64,000 bases of DNA from an uncultured Gammaproteobacteria bacterium (GCA_964561945.1 CAZLQM010000002.1:13087-77086); one strand, 5' to 3'. Shown: positions 43,126 through 54,300, numbered from the stretch's first letter. Notes: a model not told the origin generated them from the letters alone. Made by a program: numbers and translations.

Positions 43126-44325
43126 ATGAATCTACACTCAAACCAAACCTACTGGCCCACCAAAAACAACTCTCTTCCCCAGTTCCCTTCATTAAACTCC
43201 AACGAAACATGTGAGGTAGTAATAATCGGCGGCGGCATAACTGGAGCTCTCATTGCTGATTCTTTTTCTCAAGCTAATATCCCAATAACCGTCATCGACA
43301 AACGCAAAATTGGCCACGGTAGCACTAGTGCATCTACAGCTCTCCTACAATACGAAATAGATATCCCTCTTTACAAATTATCCCAACAAATCGGAAAACC
43401 CAAGGCTATCACTGCCTACCAACTATGCGCCCAAGCCATCTCGTACATCGATCAACGAATCCAAACTCTAGACTCAAACTGCAATTTTGCATACCATCCC
43501 AGTCTATATTTTTCTAATATAAGTGATGACCCAATTAATCTAAAAAAAGAATTTGTAGCCCGCCAAGAGGCTGGTTTTGATGTCCGATACTTACAATCTA
43601 ACCAAATCCAAAATCAATATCACTTCACTGCTACCTCAGCAATTCAGTCACAGCTCGCAGCCCAAGTTGACCCCTACCAACTCACCCATGCACTTCTCGA
43701 ATCTGCTCAAAAAAGAGGTGCCAAAATATACGCCAACACCTCTATTACAAATATTGACACCAGCTCCAACGTCACTCTAACCTGCCAAAACGGCAACACT
43801 ATTTATGCTAAAAAAGTAATCTTTGCCACGGGCTACGAAACCCAAAAGTATCTCCAAGAAAAAACCGCTAAACTCCTCAGCACCTACGCCTGTGTCACCC
43901 AACCTTTGCCCGAAAAATACATTTGGTCCAATCGCTCTCTGCTATGGAACACCAATGATCCCTATTTCTACGCCCGCACCACCTCAGATAATCGTATTTT
44001 GTTTGGTGGAGAAGACATCCAATCCTCCGATGATCATCAAAGAGACCAAAAAATCAATTCCCAAACCCAAGCCCTCAGCCAAACCCTATCCCAGCTTTTT
44101 CCTGATATACCCTTCAAAATCCAATACTCATGGGCAGGCACATTCGGAGAGACCACCGACGGATTACCCTACATCGGCATATCCCCCGAATGGAACAATG
44201 CTTACTTTGCCTTAGGCTACGGAGGCAACGGAATTACCTTTAGTGCTATCGCCGCTCAAGCGCTACTTGCATTACATCAAGGACACGCCCCTCAGTATCT
44301 AGACCTATTTAGATTCGGCAGATAA
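43126..44325 (+). CDS. FAD-dependent oxidoreductase (DAO family)
   Basis: VVIIGGGITGALIAD Rossmann GxGxxG, ~400 aa. Confidence 0.75.
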   Translation: MNLHSNQTYWPTKNNSLPQFPSLNSNETCEVVIIGGGITGALIADSFSQANIPITVIDKRKIGHGSTSASTALLQYEIDIPLYKLSQQIGKPKAITAYQLCAQAISYIDQRIQTLDSNCNFAYHPSLYFSNISDDPINLKKEFVARQEAGFDVRYLQSNQIQNQYHFTATSAIQSQLAAQVDPYQLTHALLESAQKRGAKIYANTSITNIDTSSNVTLTCQNGNTIYAKKVIFATGYETQKYLQEKTAKLLSTYACVTQPLPEKYIWSNRSLLWNTNDPYFYARTTSDNRILFGGEDIQSSDDHQRDQKINSQTQALSQTLSQLFPDIPFKIQYSWAGTFGETTDGLPYIGISPEWNNAYFALGYGGNGITFSAIAAQALLALHQGHAPQYLDLFRFGR

Positions 44326-44352
44326 ACAATTCTCTCAACCCTGTTATCTTCC

Positions 44353-44628
44353 TTACTTTAATCCCAAACGGTCTATAAGAATATTTCTCGGATAAAACTG
44401 AACTAAATTGATTGCAAGAGAAAAACTGCCATCCTTTAATTTCTTTTCCTCAATGACAAATTGCTCATTAACTCCACACTCTGCCTGCTCAACAACTTGA
44501 TCCCAAACCAATCTCACCCCACGCTTCACATCTTCACTATCACAAATTATCCCAGCTTCCTCTGATACAACACAAGGGATGTAACGCTCTCCATTCATGA
44601 GAGCAATTCTAACACACGTAATTACCAC
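44353..44628 (-). CDS. hypothetical protein
   Basis: 91-aa ORF. Confidence 0.25.
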   Translation of the reverse strand: MVITCVRIALMNGERYIPCVVSEEAGIICDSEDVKRGVRLVWDQVVEQAECGVNEQFVIEEKKLKDGSFSLAINLVQFYPRNILIDRLGLK

Positions 44629-44753
44629 AACAGTTTAATCTAATTTCTTTAATTACTTCATCCCGAACTAGCTCAAACATTAATTCTGCCAAAATACCCA
44701 AAAATCAACCACAACCCCTACTCACGCCATTGAGTCTATCCCAAAATAACCTT

Positions 44754-44975
44754 TTAGTTATTTTTTGAAAAAAATCTAGTCAGCGGTCTAATTGCAAAAA
44801 TCACCAGCCCAAAAAACAATATCCAAGGATTAACCGACAGGAAAAAATTCGCAAACGCTGGCCAAACCGCCAACAAAAACATCACAAAAAACATCACCGC
44901 TATTTTGGTGCTGCCCATATCCCACATATCTAGATTTTTAATTCTTTTGTTTAATTCATCTATCACATATATCAC
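44754..44975 (-). CDS. small membrane protein
   Basis: 73 aa, two hydrophobic helices. Confidence 0.3.
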   Translation of the reverse strand: MIYVIDELNKRIKNLDMWDMGSTKIAVMFFVMFLLAVWPAFANFFLSVNPWILFFGLVIFAIRPLTRFFSKNN

Positions 44976-45096
44976 CTCCTTTTATTTTCATATACAACCT
45001 CATTATCCTACTAATCCGCTATATTGTAAAAAGATCTTCACACCTTTCCGATTCAATAAAACACACCCTCACCATCATGCTAAAATTTTTGTAAAC

Positions 45097-45855
45097 ATGA
45101 AACATCGACTCTCCCTAGTCATCCGCATTGCTATTTTTATATTCCTCTGGCTATTTGGTGTTCCTTATATATTTAGCTTTTTTGCAGAAAAATCTCACCT
45201 CCTAAATCTCCCAGGTTTTGATTATCCCGACACCATTATTAGTCCCATAATTTTCCTAATGCTTTTCTATTTCTACTACCCAATACTAAAAAAATATCAT
45301 TTCAAACCCTGCACCTCTTCCGTATTTGCAGGATTAATTCTTTTTATCTCTGCATCATTATCATATCTCAACCTCTATTCTTGGTTTTATAACCTATACA
45401 TAAACGGTCATATCCTTAATCCATGGCTCCAACTTGCAATTATTTATACCATCCTAATCGGCATATATGGTGGACTATTTTTAGCAATATTTTCATACAA
45501 ATTCATAACCTCGCACAAATCTCTGATTCTAACTTTTTTTATCTTCAACACAACTTATTACATCCTCTATTACTACCTTTTTGCAAACTGGAGTATCTTT
45601 TCTTCCATCACTACAATTCTCGTCTTCCACGCTCTCAAGCTTTTTCTCCCACAAACAAGCATGATCATTGACGGCACCAACATCAGTCTATTTATCAATG
45701 ATTTTTCAGTCGGGATCAGCAAAACCTGTTCCGGTGTCATGCTTATTCTACTTTTTTTTATTCTATACTCACTTTTCTGTTTCAAAAACCTCAAAAATAT
45801 TAAACTACCAAAAACAATATTTTTTTTACTCATAGGCACACTTCCTCGGATTTAA
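45097..45855 (+). CDS. polytopic membrane protein, unknown function
   Basis: At least 7 hydrophobic helices. Start trimmed to MKHRL. A CSG tripeptide in a TM helix is vaguely reminiscent of exosortase-family motifs (speculative). Confidence 0.4.
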   Translation: MKHRLSLVIRIAIFIFLWLFGVPYIFSFFAEKSHLLNLPGFDYPDTIISPIIFLMLFYFYYPILKKYHFKPCTSSVFAGLILFISASLSYLNLYSWFYNLYINGHILNPWLQLAIIYTILIGIYGGLFLAIFSYKFITSHKSLILTFFIFNTTYYILYYYLFANWSIFSSITTILVFHALKLFLPQTSMIIDGTNISLFINDFSVGISKTCSGVMLILLFFILYSLFCFKNLKNIKLPKTIFFLLIGTLPRI

Positions 45856-46252
45856 GCAATAACTCTCAAATCTAACGAAGCCATTTACATTCATCAGTCC
45901 TCATAATCCACACATCCATACACCACATCCTCAAAAAATATCAATATCTCACCACTCCAAAAATATCTAGCATAACTTTTAAGTAATCCACATTTACTAC
46001 ATCGATAAGTAATTATTTCTTTAGAATTCTCCAATTTAGTAAATAATCCTCCTCCGCTTATCTTTGTAGTCCATTTGGATTTTACCGCACCGCCATATGC
46101 ATAGTCCGCGATAAAACCCGCTTCTCAAACACCTCCACATTCAGGACACTTTTGAGTTACTTCCACAAATTCTAAGTTTGATTTTAGCATATATTACCCA
46201 AACCCCTTGCCTCACTCAACTAAGAAACAAACCTCTACGATTACCCCAAGCA

Positions 46253-46756
46253 TCATTCTCCAACCGCTTTTTTGATTGTCTCAATATCAAGCTTTTTCAT
46301 TGGCATAAATGCTTCTGTTACAGCCTCAGATTTATCTGGATCTCTCATATACTCATCCAAGATCCTAGGCGTAACCTGCCATGTCACACCGAATTTATCT
46401 ATACACCAACCACATTGTTCCGCTTCAGGTACAGCTGAGAGCTTTTCCCAAAAGAAATCGATTTCTTCCTGAGTTTCACATTCAATAATAAAAGAAACCG
46501 ATCCATTCAGCTTAAATTGTTCAATCGGTCCTCCATTCAGAGCCATAAAACTTATCCCGTCTAGTTCGCATTCAATAGCCATGACAGAACCTTCAGGCCG
46601 TCCAGAAACTTCTTCAGAAGCCTTAGGCGCTCTTGTAACATCTCCAAGTTTGGCCTCATGATTACCGGGCGCTGATCCAAAGACATCTAAATAATACTTC
46701 ACTGCCTCTTCTCCGTCATTATTAACAAACCAAATACATGTAATCAATCTACTCAT
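46253..46756 (-). CDS. PhnB/YjdN-like VOC (glyoxalase-fold) family protein
   Basis: ITCIWFVNNDGEEAVKYYLDVFG and the overall pattern of the PhnB-like family. Confidence 0.65.
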   Translation of the reverse strand: MSRLITCIWFVNNDGEEAVKYYLDVFGSAPGNHEAKLGDVTRAPKASEEVSGRPEGSVMAIECELDGISFMALNGGPIEQFKLNGSVSFIIECETQEEIDFFWEKLSAVPEAEQCGWCIDKFGVTWQVTPRILDEYMRDPDKSEAVTEAFMPMKKLDIETIKKAVGE

Positions 46757-46998
46757 TCCACTTATTTTACTATATTGATTATAAAAATCTTCGTATTAAT
46801 ACTGTAAGAAATAAAACCAAATGCCCTACACCTAACCAATTCACATCTATTGAAAATATAATTATTGGCTCCCCAATTCGGCAGTTATGTTGTATCAATT
46901 GTTTCCCCAGGATCTACTAGCACAAATGAAGATAAAACTAGAGATCCTAAAGGAGCTACTAGGATCAGAATCACAATATGAAACTGTGGAGGTGAAAA

Positions 46999-47202
46999 AT
47001 GGACAATTTTGCAGATTCGCTGTATAAAATAAGAACTAGGCAAGGTAAGTTTGTTAGCCAAGTAAAGCTCTCAAAACTTTCTGGATACACTCAAACCTAC
47101 ATTTCGTTAATCGAAACGGAGAGAGTAAATCCAAGCAAACGTTGTAAAAGAGATCTTCTCCGAGCTTTGGGCGTAGATTCCCCTCATACCTATATTTCAT
47201 AG
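46999..47202 (+). CDS. XRE-family (Cro/C1-type) HTH transcriptional regulator
   Basis: LSKLSGYTQTYISLIETERVNPS matches the HTH_XRE pattern. 67 aa. Confidence 0.55.
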   Translation: MDNFADSLYKIRTRQGKFVSQVKLSKLSGYTQTYISLIETERVNPSKRCKRDLLRALGVDSPHTYIS

Positions 47203-47209
47203 AGAGAAT

Positions 47210-47600
47210 TAAGAAGATGTGTCGTCTTGGGTGCCCACCCTTGGCTTGCGGCCATCGTCTTGATTGTTTTGATAGAAGCGGTGAAACCCTAAGAAGTATC
47301 CGCAGGATCCCTTCAATATGAGTGATAATGCTCGAAGGGACGCCTAGACGTAACTAGGGATTGAGTCTAGGTAGAAGCCGTTGTTGCCCTAGCAAGGATG
47401 AGAGTGTAAGAACTGTACACACGGCAACCGTGCAGTCGCCAATGTGCAACCTCTTGAAAAGCCTGGGGTGAGGAAGAATCCAAGTCCTCAGATGCGTCCC
47501 TGAATGTAATTGCGGAGCTTCTATCAGCAAACACAAGACTACTAGGTATAAGGTTTTTCGGCATTAAATTGCCTAGGGGAACCTTATGCCTAATAAGGAA
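47210..47600. ncRNA. unclassified G-rich non-coding region with local hairpins (candidate structured RNA or element border/att region)
   Basis: ~400 nt with no convincing ORF. Composition unlike both host and neighbouring genes. Hairpins include CACGG-CAA-CCGTG. Confidence 0.25.
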
Positions 47601-47629
47601 AAAAATAATCAAATAACAATTTCAATCTG

Positions 47630-48286
47630 GTGCTAAACTATAGATATATGAACACATCCAAGAAAATTCAACTTACCCTCGTAATAATTGCCCTGATTGT
47701 TGTTGGTGTGTTGATCTGGAACAGGAAGAAACAAAGCCAGGTTGTAGCAAACATCAATAGTTATGAAGATTGTGTAGCTGCTGGCTATCCCATCATGGAG
47801 ATCTATCCAGAGCAATGTAAAACCCCAGACAACCGTACCTTCACCAGACAAATTTCAGCTACTGACGATTGGCAAGAACAAACCATTGAAGAAATTGGCC
47901 TTACCTTGCGTTATCCCGCCAACCTTATATATAGACAAGAAATTGCAGACAACGCTGGCACCATTCGAGCCGTTGGGTTTTACCTAGAGAACAATGATCC
48001 AAACAAACCTTACACCCTCTATGGACTCTACCAAGCAGATCGGCCAGCTACTATAGATGATCTAGAGAGAGCCAAGACTGAAATGGACACCGCCACTATC
48101 AAACCAGTGGAAGTTGATGGCTTTAGCGGTATTGAAGGATTGATCGAGGGTGAGAAAACCCGTTATATCACCACTCTACTAGTTGGCGATAAACTCTTCT
48201 CCGTTTCCACAATTCCACCAACTCAAGAAAACAAGACTATAACAGACAATATCTTAGCAACGTTTGCTTTTAACAATGATAACTAA
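47630..48286 (+). CDS. hypothetical secreted/membrane-anchored protein
   Basis: N-terminal TM/signal (IQLTLVIIALIVVGVLIW), no motifs. Confidence 0.4.
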   Translation: MLNYRYMNTSKKIQLTLVIIALIVVGVLIWNRKKQSQVVANINSYEDCVAAGYPIMEIYPEQCKTPDNRTFTRQISATDDWQEQTIEEIGLTLRYPANLIYRQEIADNAGTIRAVGFYLENNDPNKPYTLYGLYQADRPATIDDLERAKTEMDTATIKPVEVDGFSGIEGLIEGEKTRYITTLLVGDKLFSVSTIPPTQENKTITDNILATFAFNNDN

Positions 48287-48785
48287 CCTTGCATCTCAAC
48301 CCCTCATTTTGGTATTTTCCCTTGTCGTTTTGGCTGTTATCGCAGTATTGATTGGTAAAACTAAGCAAAAAACTAATCCTTCCAAATATAGCTACACCAA
48401 AAAAGATTTCTTCATGTCCCGAGCAGAACATGAGTGCTACGATGCCCTCATTCAAGCGGTTGGACACGACTACTATATCTTTGCCCAGGTACATCTACCC
48501 ACGATTGTCAGCCACACCATCAAAGGCCAGAGTTGGCATGGGGCGTTGAGTCACATCAACAGAAAGTCAGTTGATTTTGTTTTGTGTGATAAAAGCTATA
48601 TTTCCCCCAAACTAGCCATTGAGCTAGACGACAAGTCACACCAGGAGGAAGATAGAAAAATTCGGGATCAAGAGTTAGAGCGAATCTTATCCCAAGCAGG
48701 GGTTCCATTACTTCGTCTGGAGAATCACGGCAGTTTTGACAGTACAGCCATCCAAAAGCAAATTCAAGAAAAATTGCTCTCCTAA
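48264..48785 (+). CDS. DUF2726-family protein (restriction-endonuclease-like fold), N-terminal TM
   Basis: SRAEHECYDALIQAVGHDYYIFAQVHL ... VDFVLCDKSYISPKLAIELDDKSH...DRKIRDQELERIL matches the DUF2726 pattern. Confidence 0.6.
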   Translation: MLLTMITNLASQPLILVFSLVVLAVIAVLIGKTKQKTNPSKYSYTKKDFFMSRAEHECYDALIQAVGHDYYIFAQVHLPTIVSHTIKGQSWHGALSHINRKSVDFVLCDKSYISPKLAIELDDKSHQEEDRKIRDQELERILSQAGVPLLRLENHGSFDSTAIQKQIQEKLLS

Positions 48786-48833
48786 AACCAATTTTTATCG
48801 AGAGATATCTTTACTTTCGCTAGTGACAGACTA

Positions 48834-51263
48834 CTAGTGTTTTTTTACACGCTCCTCAATAATCTCCTGTAAAACCTTCAAGTCTGCCTCGTTCCATAGC
48901 CTAAACCGCACCTGCCCATACTTATTATCTCGATCCAGTACCGATTCTGACTTAGATAATCTCTCCCTCAACACGGCAATTTCTTCAGGTGTCGTAAACT
49001 GCAACTCCCCATATACCCAATGATTAGCGTAGTAATAAAACAAAATCATCTCATCGTCTTTTTTCAGACTATGATATGAACCTGCCCCGCCTTTTTGGAT
49101 ATACACCTCACCATCTGGGAACGTCTTATTTATCCATTCGGGAATACTAGCCACCGCACCCCGCACAAATTCACTCTTCACCCGAGCAATCGTTTCCTCT
49201 TCGGTTTCGGGCAACTTAATCCCTTTCTCCTTAATCTCTCCCACATTCCCTTGCTCAACCACCTTACTCGTAGCCCGCAATATCTGGGAAAACCACTCCA
49301 ACGCTGCCTCTCCATCCCGCTGCAACACCCGATCAATCTCTCGATTGTGCTTCACTGCATTGCGAAAATCTTTGTAAGCAATAAACCGTTTCTCCACCTC
49401 AAACTTAGATCTGAATATCTGCTCAAAGTATTTCCAGTTTTTCAGGATGATATTGGAGTAATCCATAATGTCACAAAACTCCAACAAATCCTTAACCGTC
49501 AGCTCTTCCCATTTCTTAGAGGGGTTCTTTTTTAGAAACTGCGTGATCTTCTTTTTAGCATTACCCTGCACATCAGAAGGTATCACCTTATCCCAATAAT
49601 CCTCACCCTCCTCATCCAAAAGCACCGCATTTATCAACGCCCGCAGTTGGATTTCTATCTCATCAATCGCCTTATTGGCATTATGTCCCGCCACCTGCAA
49701 AATCTTAGAACCCACCAGCCGCTCAAACTCATCGAAAATAGCCTGTGATCTATTCTGGATAAACTCACCATAGTCATTATTACGAATCGAGTCATCGTAG
49801 GAAATCAGTTGTGCATCCAACGCTTCCCTAAAATCTGGGTTTTCCTGATCATATTCTGCAAAATAGTCACTAGGGGCTTTCCTGCGAATCTCCTTGTTTA
49901 ATTCAGCAGGAATAAAACAGAAGTTGGATAACAAATACTCTCCAGGGATTTTGTTAGCTTTGAGATAGTGGCGGGGAAAGATGTGGTGTTTCTCAGGGCT
50001 ATTAAACTCAGCACAGATGTTTCGATCCAAAGCAAAAGCCTGGTTGGTTTTGAAGTGTCGAGGTTGACGTAAGGCCAACATACAGAAAAAAGCGTTGCGA
50101 ATAGCCGACTTGGTGCTGATCCTACTCTTGGCGATCTTGTCCTTATCCAACGTGATCGGATAACTAATCTTCACTTCCTTACCCTCAACCAGCTTATCAA
50201 ACAACACCCGCCGATCCTCTTCCATCCGTGTCTCACGGGAGGTAGCGTACCGCTCGCTCAATGCCGACTGCCAAAACCACTCATGCACTCGCTCAGTCAT
50301 CACTTTATCTAACGATCTCCCAGGGATCTTAAAGTACAAATAGGCCAGCAGTGAGATCATGGGTGGATACGGTACAAACTCGTATATCTTGGCTCCCAAA
50401 TTGTTAGACAAAAAATCAACCGATAGCTTGATAGCGTTGGCAATCTCTTCCCAGTGTTCCTTCAACTCTTCTTTGTTTAGCTGTAGTTGGTACGACTTCC
50501 TGCAATAACCCTTAATAATCAGTGATGCTGCATGAACCACCACCTCAGGCGGGATCTTGCCAAACCCTTTATCTTCCAAATACTTAGCCAACTTTAGGTA
50601 TTCAACCTTCAAGTCAAAATCCTCACCCCACGTACTAGCCACCACTAAGTCAAAAATAGATAGTCGTTTACCACCCTGATTGATCCGCTCAAATATCACA
50701 ATCGCCTCATCCAATTCCTTCTCCCGAACAAAGATAACTGATAACGGATAGCTGGAAAAAATGCTGTTACACTTATCAAAGATCCGTTTCCGTTGATCGG
50801 TTAGTTTGTTGTACATCTGGAACTTGTTGTCTCCCAAAATATCCCGCAGTGGAGCAGCGTTGTCATGTTCCCGATACCGAATCACAAATTTTTCCTTGTC
50901 AAAGTCAAAACAAATCTGAGAGTAATCAGTGCCGTTAATGGTTAAGCCCTTGATAGCAGCATAGAGGGAAGTTGCCCGTTGTTGGCCGTCCAAGATGTAG
51001 CGAATTGAAGTGTAGGTGTCAGGTGTGGGCAAATCCAGTTCGGCGATGTTTCGATAAAACAGGTTATATTTCTTGTCAGCATCCCAGACAAAAAAGCTTC
51101 CAATCGGATACTCCTTATAGATAGAATCCAACAACTTCACCACTTTAGATCGTTCCCACACAAAATCTCTCTGAAATCTAGGGATCCTCAAATGCCCATG
51201 CTCGATGTCATGGACAATATCTGATAGCTTTAACTCATCAACTTTTATTTTCTGTATCTGCAT
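48834..51263 (-). CDS. GmrSD-family type IV (modification-dependent) restriction endonuclease (DUF262 + DUF1524) with ~250-aa C-terminal extension
   Basis: DUF262 signature RIPRFQRDFVWE...LDGQQRATSL. DUF1524 His-Me signature SPEKHHIFPRHYL. Confidence 0.85.
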   Translation of the reverse strand: MQIQKIKVDELKLSDIVHDIEHGHLRIPRFQRDFVWERSKVVKLLDSIYKEYPIGSFFVWDADKKYNLFYRNIAELDLPTPDTYTSIRYILDGQQRATSLYAAIKGLTINGTDYSQICFDFDKEKFVIRYREHDNAAPLRDILGDNKFQMYNKLTDQRKRIFDKCNSIFSSYPLSVIFVREKELDEAIVIFERINQGGKRLSIFDLVVASTWGEDFDLKVEYLKLAKYLEDKGFGKIPPEVVVHAASLIIKGYCRKSYQLQLNKEELKEHWEEIANAIKLSVDFLSNNLGAKIYEFVPYPPMISLLAYLYFKIPGRSLDKVMTERVHEWFWQSALSERYATSRETRMEEDRRVLFDKLVEGKEVKISYPITLDKDKIAKSRISTKSAIRNAFFCMLALRQPRHFKTNQAFALDRNICAEFNSPEKHHIFPRHYLKANKIPGEYLLSNFCFIPAELNKEIRRKAPSDYFAEYDQENPDFREALDAQLISYDDSIRNNDYGEFIQNRSQAIFDEFERLVGSKILQVAGHNANKAIDEIEIQLRALINAVLLDEEGEDYWDKVIPSDVQGNAKKKITQFLKKNPSKKWEELTVKDLLEFCDIMDYSNIILKNWKYFEQIFRSKFEVEKRFIAYKDFRNAVKHNREIDRVLQRDGEAALEWFSQILRATSKVVEQGNVGEIKEKGIKLPETEEETIARVKSEFVRGAVASIPEWINKTFPDGEVYIQKGGAGSYHSLKKDDEMILFYYYANHWVYGELQFTTPEEIAVLRERLSKSESVLDRDNKYGQVRFRLWNEADLKVLQEIIEERVKKH

Positions 51264-51303
51264 ATCGTATTTTAGTAATTATTACTAAACTCAACACATA
51301 AGG

Positions 51304-54300
51304 CTATTTCTCTCCCGTCCAATCGCGGGCTAACAATTCTGCTTGCTCCAACATCGTCTTGGTTGCACTTTCCTGTTTATCTGGTGGATATTTGTACTTC
51401 TTCAACAACCGTTTTACATAAACTCGCAACCTAGCTTGAATACTCTCCTTAATCGTCCAGTCTATTGTTGTATTCTTGCGAAGCATCACCACCAACTCTT
51501 TAGCCATTGCCTTCAAGGTTTCATCTCCCAACTCTCGCACGGCACTCTCGTTGTTAGCTAGTGCATCATAAAAAGCCACTTCATCCTCAGTTAATCCCAA
51601 ATCTTCACCTTTGTTTTTCTCTGTCTTAATCTTCTTGGCCAGCTCTAACAATTCGGCAATAACCTGAGCTGCTTCAAGTGTGCGGTTTTGGTATTTCCTA
51701 ATCGTTTCCGCCAGCATTTCGGCAAAAGATCGAGACTTCACCAAATTGGTTCTTTCCATCATCTTTAATTCGTCATTCAAGAGTTTCTTTAACAGTTCCA
51801 AGGCCACGTTCTTGTGTTTCAAATTCTTCACTTCCTCTAAAAATTCCTCAGAGAAAATAGAAATGTCGGGAGCTTTGATGCCAGCTGCCGAGTAAATATC
51901 AACCACCGCATCAGAAGTCACCGCCGTTGAGACGATTTGTTTGATAGCTGCATCATAATCTTCATCTGTCGGGCCTCCTCCATGAGGTTCCATTTTGACT
52001 AATCCACTCTTAACAATCTGGAAGAATCCCACCTCGTCTTTAATCTCCAATGCCTTGTCGTGTGGTACTGCCAAAGAGAATGACTTAGATAGTTCAGTCA
52101 CCGCTTTCAAGTATCGTTTCTTTCCATCTGTTAACCCCAAAACAAAATCTGTAGCTCCCGAAATAACCTGAGTTCGCTCACCAGGAGTACCAGTAAAGTA
52201 TTTTTGATAGTCATATCCATGCAACATTCCCTTAACCACTTCATACTTTTCCATCAACACCGCCACCGCTTCATCCTGTGGGATAGCTGTTTCTTGTCTA
52301 TCGGTTTCGCTGTAGTAGGAGAGGGCTTCCTTCAGTTCAGGAGCAATGCCAATATAGTCAACGATCAAACCACCTTGCTTATCCTTATACACTCGATTCA
52401 CCCGAGCAATCGCTTGCATCAACCCATGCCCCTTCATCGGTTTGTCTACATACATAGTATGAAGAGAGGGCACGTCAAAACCAGTTAGCCACATGTCTCT
52501 TACGATCACCAACTTCAACTCATCCTCAGGATCTTTCATTCTTCGAGCCATTTCATCGAGTGCATGTTTAGGGCGAATGTGAGGCTGGAAGTTCATCGGA
52601 TCGGCAGCACTGCCTGTCATCACAACCTTGATAAACCCCTTGTTATCATCATCACTATGCCAATTGGGGCGAAGTTTAACAATCTCGTTATACAAATCCA
52701 CCGCAATTCTACGACTCATGGCCACGATCATACCCTTACCATCAATGGCTGATAATCTGTTCTCAAAGTGATCCACTAAGTCACGAGCTACCAAAGCAAT
52801 TCGTTTTTCCGATCCCACCATTGCTTCCAACCTTGCCCACTTACTCTTCAGTTTTTCCTTTCGCTCAACCTCTTCACCCTCGGTTAATTCTTCAAATTCT
52901 GGATCAATTCTTGGCTGTTCTTCTTTCTTCAATTCAATTCTGGCAAGTCTAGCTTCGTAATAGATCGGTACGGTAGCATTATCTTCAACTGCTCGTGTCA
53001 CATCATAAACATCAACATATTCACCAAACACTGCCCGAGTATTCCTATCCGTTAATTCAACAGGTGTACCAGTAAAACCAATAAACGAAGCGTTAGGTAG
53101 AGCATCACGCAAATGACGAGCAAACCCAGTGATAAATTCATACTGGCTTCGATGTGCCTCATCCGCAATCACCACAATGTTTTTCCGATCAGACAACATG
53201 GGGTATGAAGTATGGCCATTTTGAGGTAGAAACTTTTGGATAGTGGTAAAGATAACCCCACCAGAGGCTACATGTAGTAATTCTTGTAACTGTTCTCGAC
53301 TATCAGCTTGCTTGGGGGTTTGCCTAAGCAATTCACTACATCGAGAGAAAGTACCGAAAAGCTGTTGATCCAAGTCATTGCGATCCGTCAACACAACTAA
53401 AGTCGGATTGTTTAGCTCCTGCACCACTTTGCCTGAATAAAACACCATTGTTAGACTTTTACCTGATCCCTGCGTATGCCACACCACACCAGCCCGCCTG
53501 TCTCCCTCCTCTTTGGTAGCCTTCATAGTACTTTCGACTGCTTTATTAGTCGCATAGTATTGATGATAAGCCGCTGCCTTCTTGATAGTTTTATCGCCAT
53601 CCGTATCAAAGACAATAAAGTTTGAGATCAAATCCAGTAAACGACTCTTATCAAAAATTCCTTTAAGTAAGACTTCCAACTGTGGCAAGGCAGTAGGGGC
53701 AAGTTCTTCACCATCAACAGTTCGCCAACGAGTAAACCATTCGATACTTGCCGATATTGTACCCACTCGAGCATCAATTCCGTCACTGATGACGCAAAGT
53801 TCGTTATAGGCAAAGAGGGTAGGAATATCTTGTTTGTAGGTTTGAATCTGGTTGTAGGCGTTTTTTACTGTTGCCTTCTCATCCCCAGGATTCTTCAATT
53901 CAATCACCACTACAGGCAAACCATTCACAAACACTATTACATCTGGCCGTCTGTTGCGGTTGTTTTCAATGATCGTATATTGATTGACTGCCAAAAAGTC
54001 ATTTGATTCTAAATCCCCAAACTCAGCCAATTTCACCTTATCGCCAGCCACCGAGCCATCATCCCGCATGTATTCAACATCCACCCCATCACGCAAGTAT
54101 CCATGAAAGATCTTGTTGTTCATTACTAAACTAGGGGTGGCGTGGGCAACCTGCACCACCTTCTTAAATGCTTCTTCCTTGGCATCTTCGGGAATATCTG
54201 GGTTGAACTTGTTGATAGCACTTCGAAGTCTATCTACCAACACCACATCACCATAGCTCTCACGTTCTGGGTTCTCACCGTCCGGAGGAGGGGCAATCTC

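Noticed and set aside
45097-45855. Calling the polytopic membrane protein an exosortase/archaeosortase
   Set aside because: It is based only on a CSG tripeptide in a TM helix. Cys position and length do not clearly fit, so it is left as an unknown membrane protein.
47200-47630. Tested whether the non-coding stretch is tmRNA, RNase P RNA, SRP RNA, a cobalamin riboswitch or a group II intron
   Set aside because: None of the conserved blocks are present on either strand: no tRNA-like 3' end or tag ORF, no P4 GGAAAGUCCGG block, no GUGYG/domain V, no B12 box.
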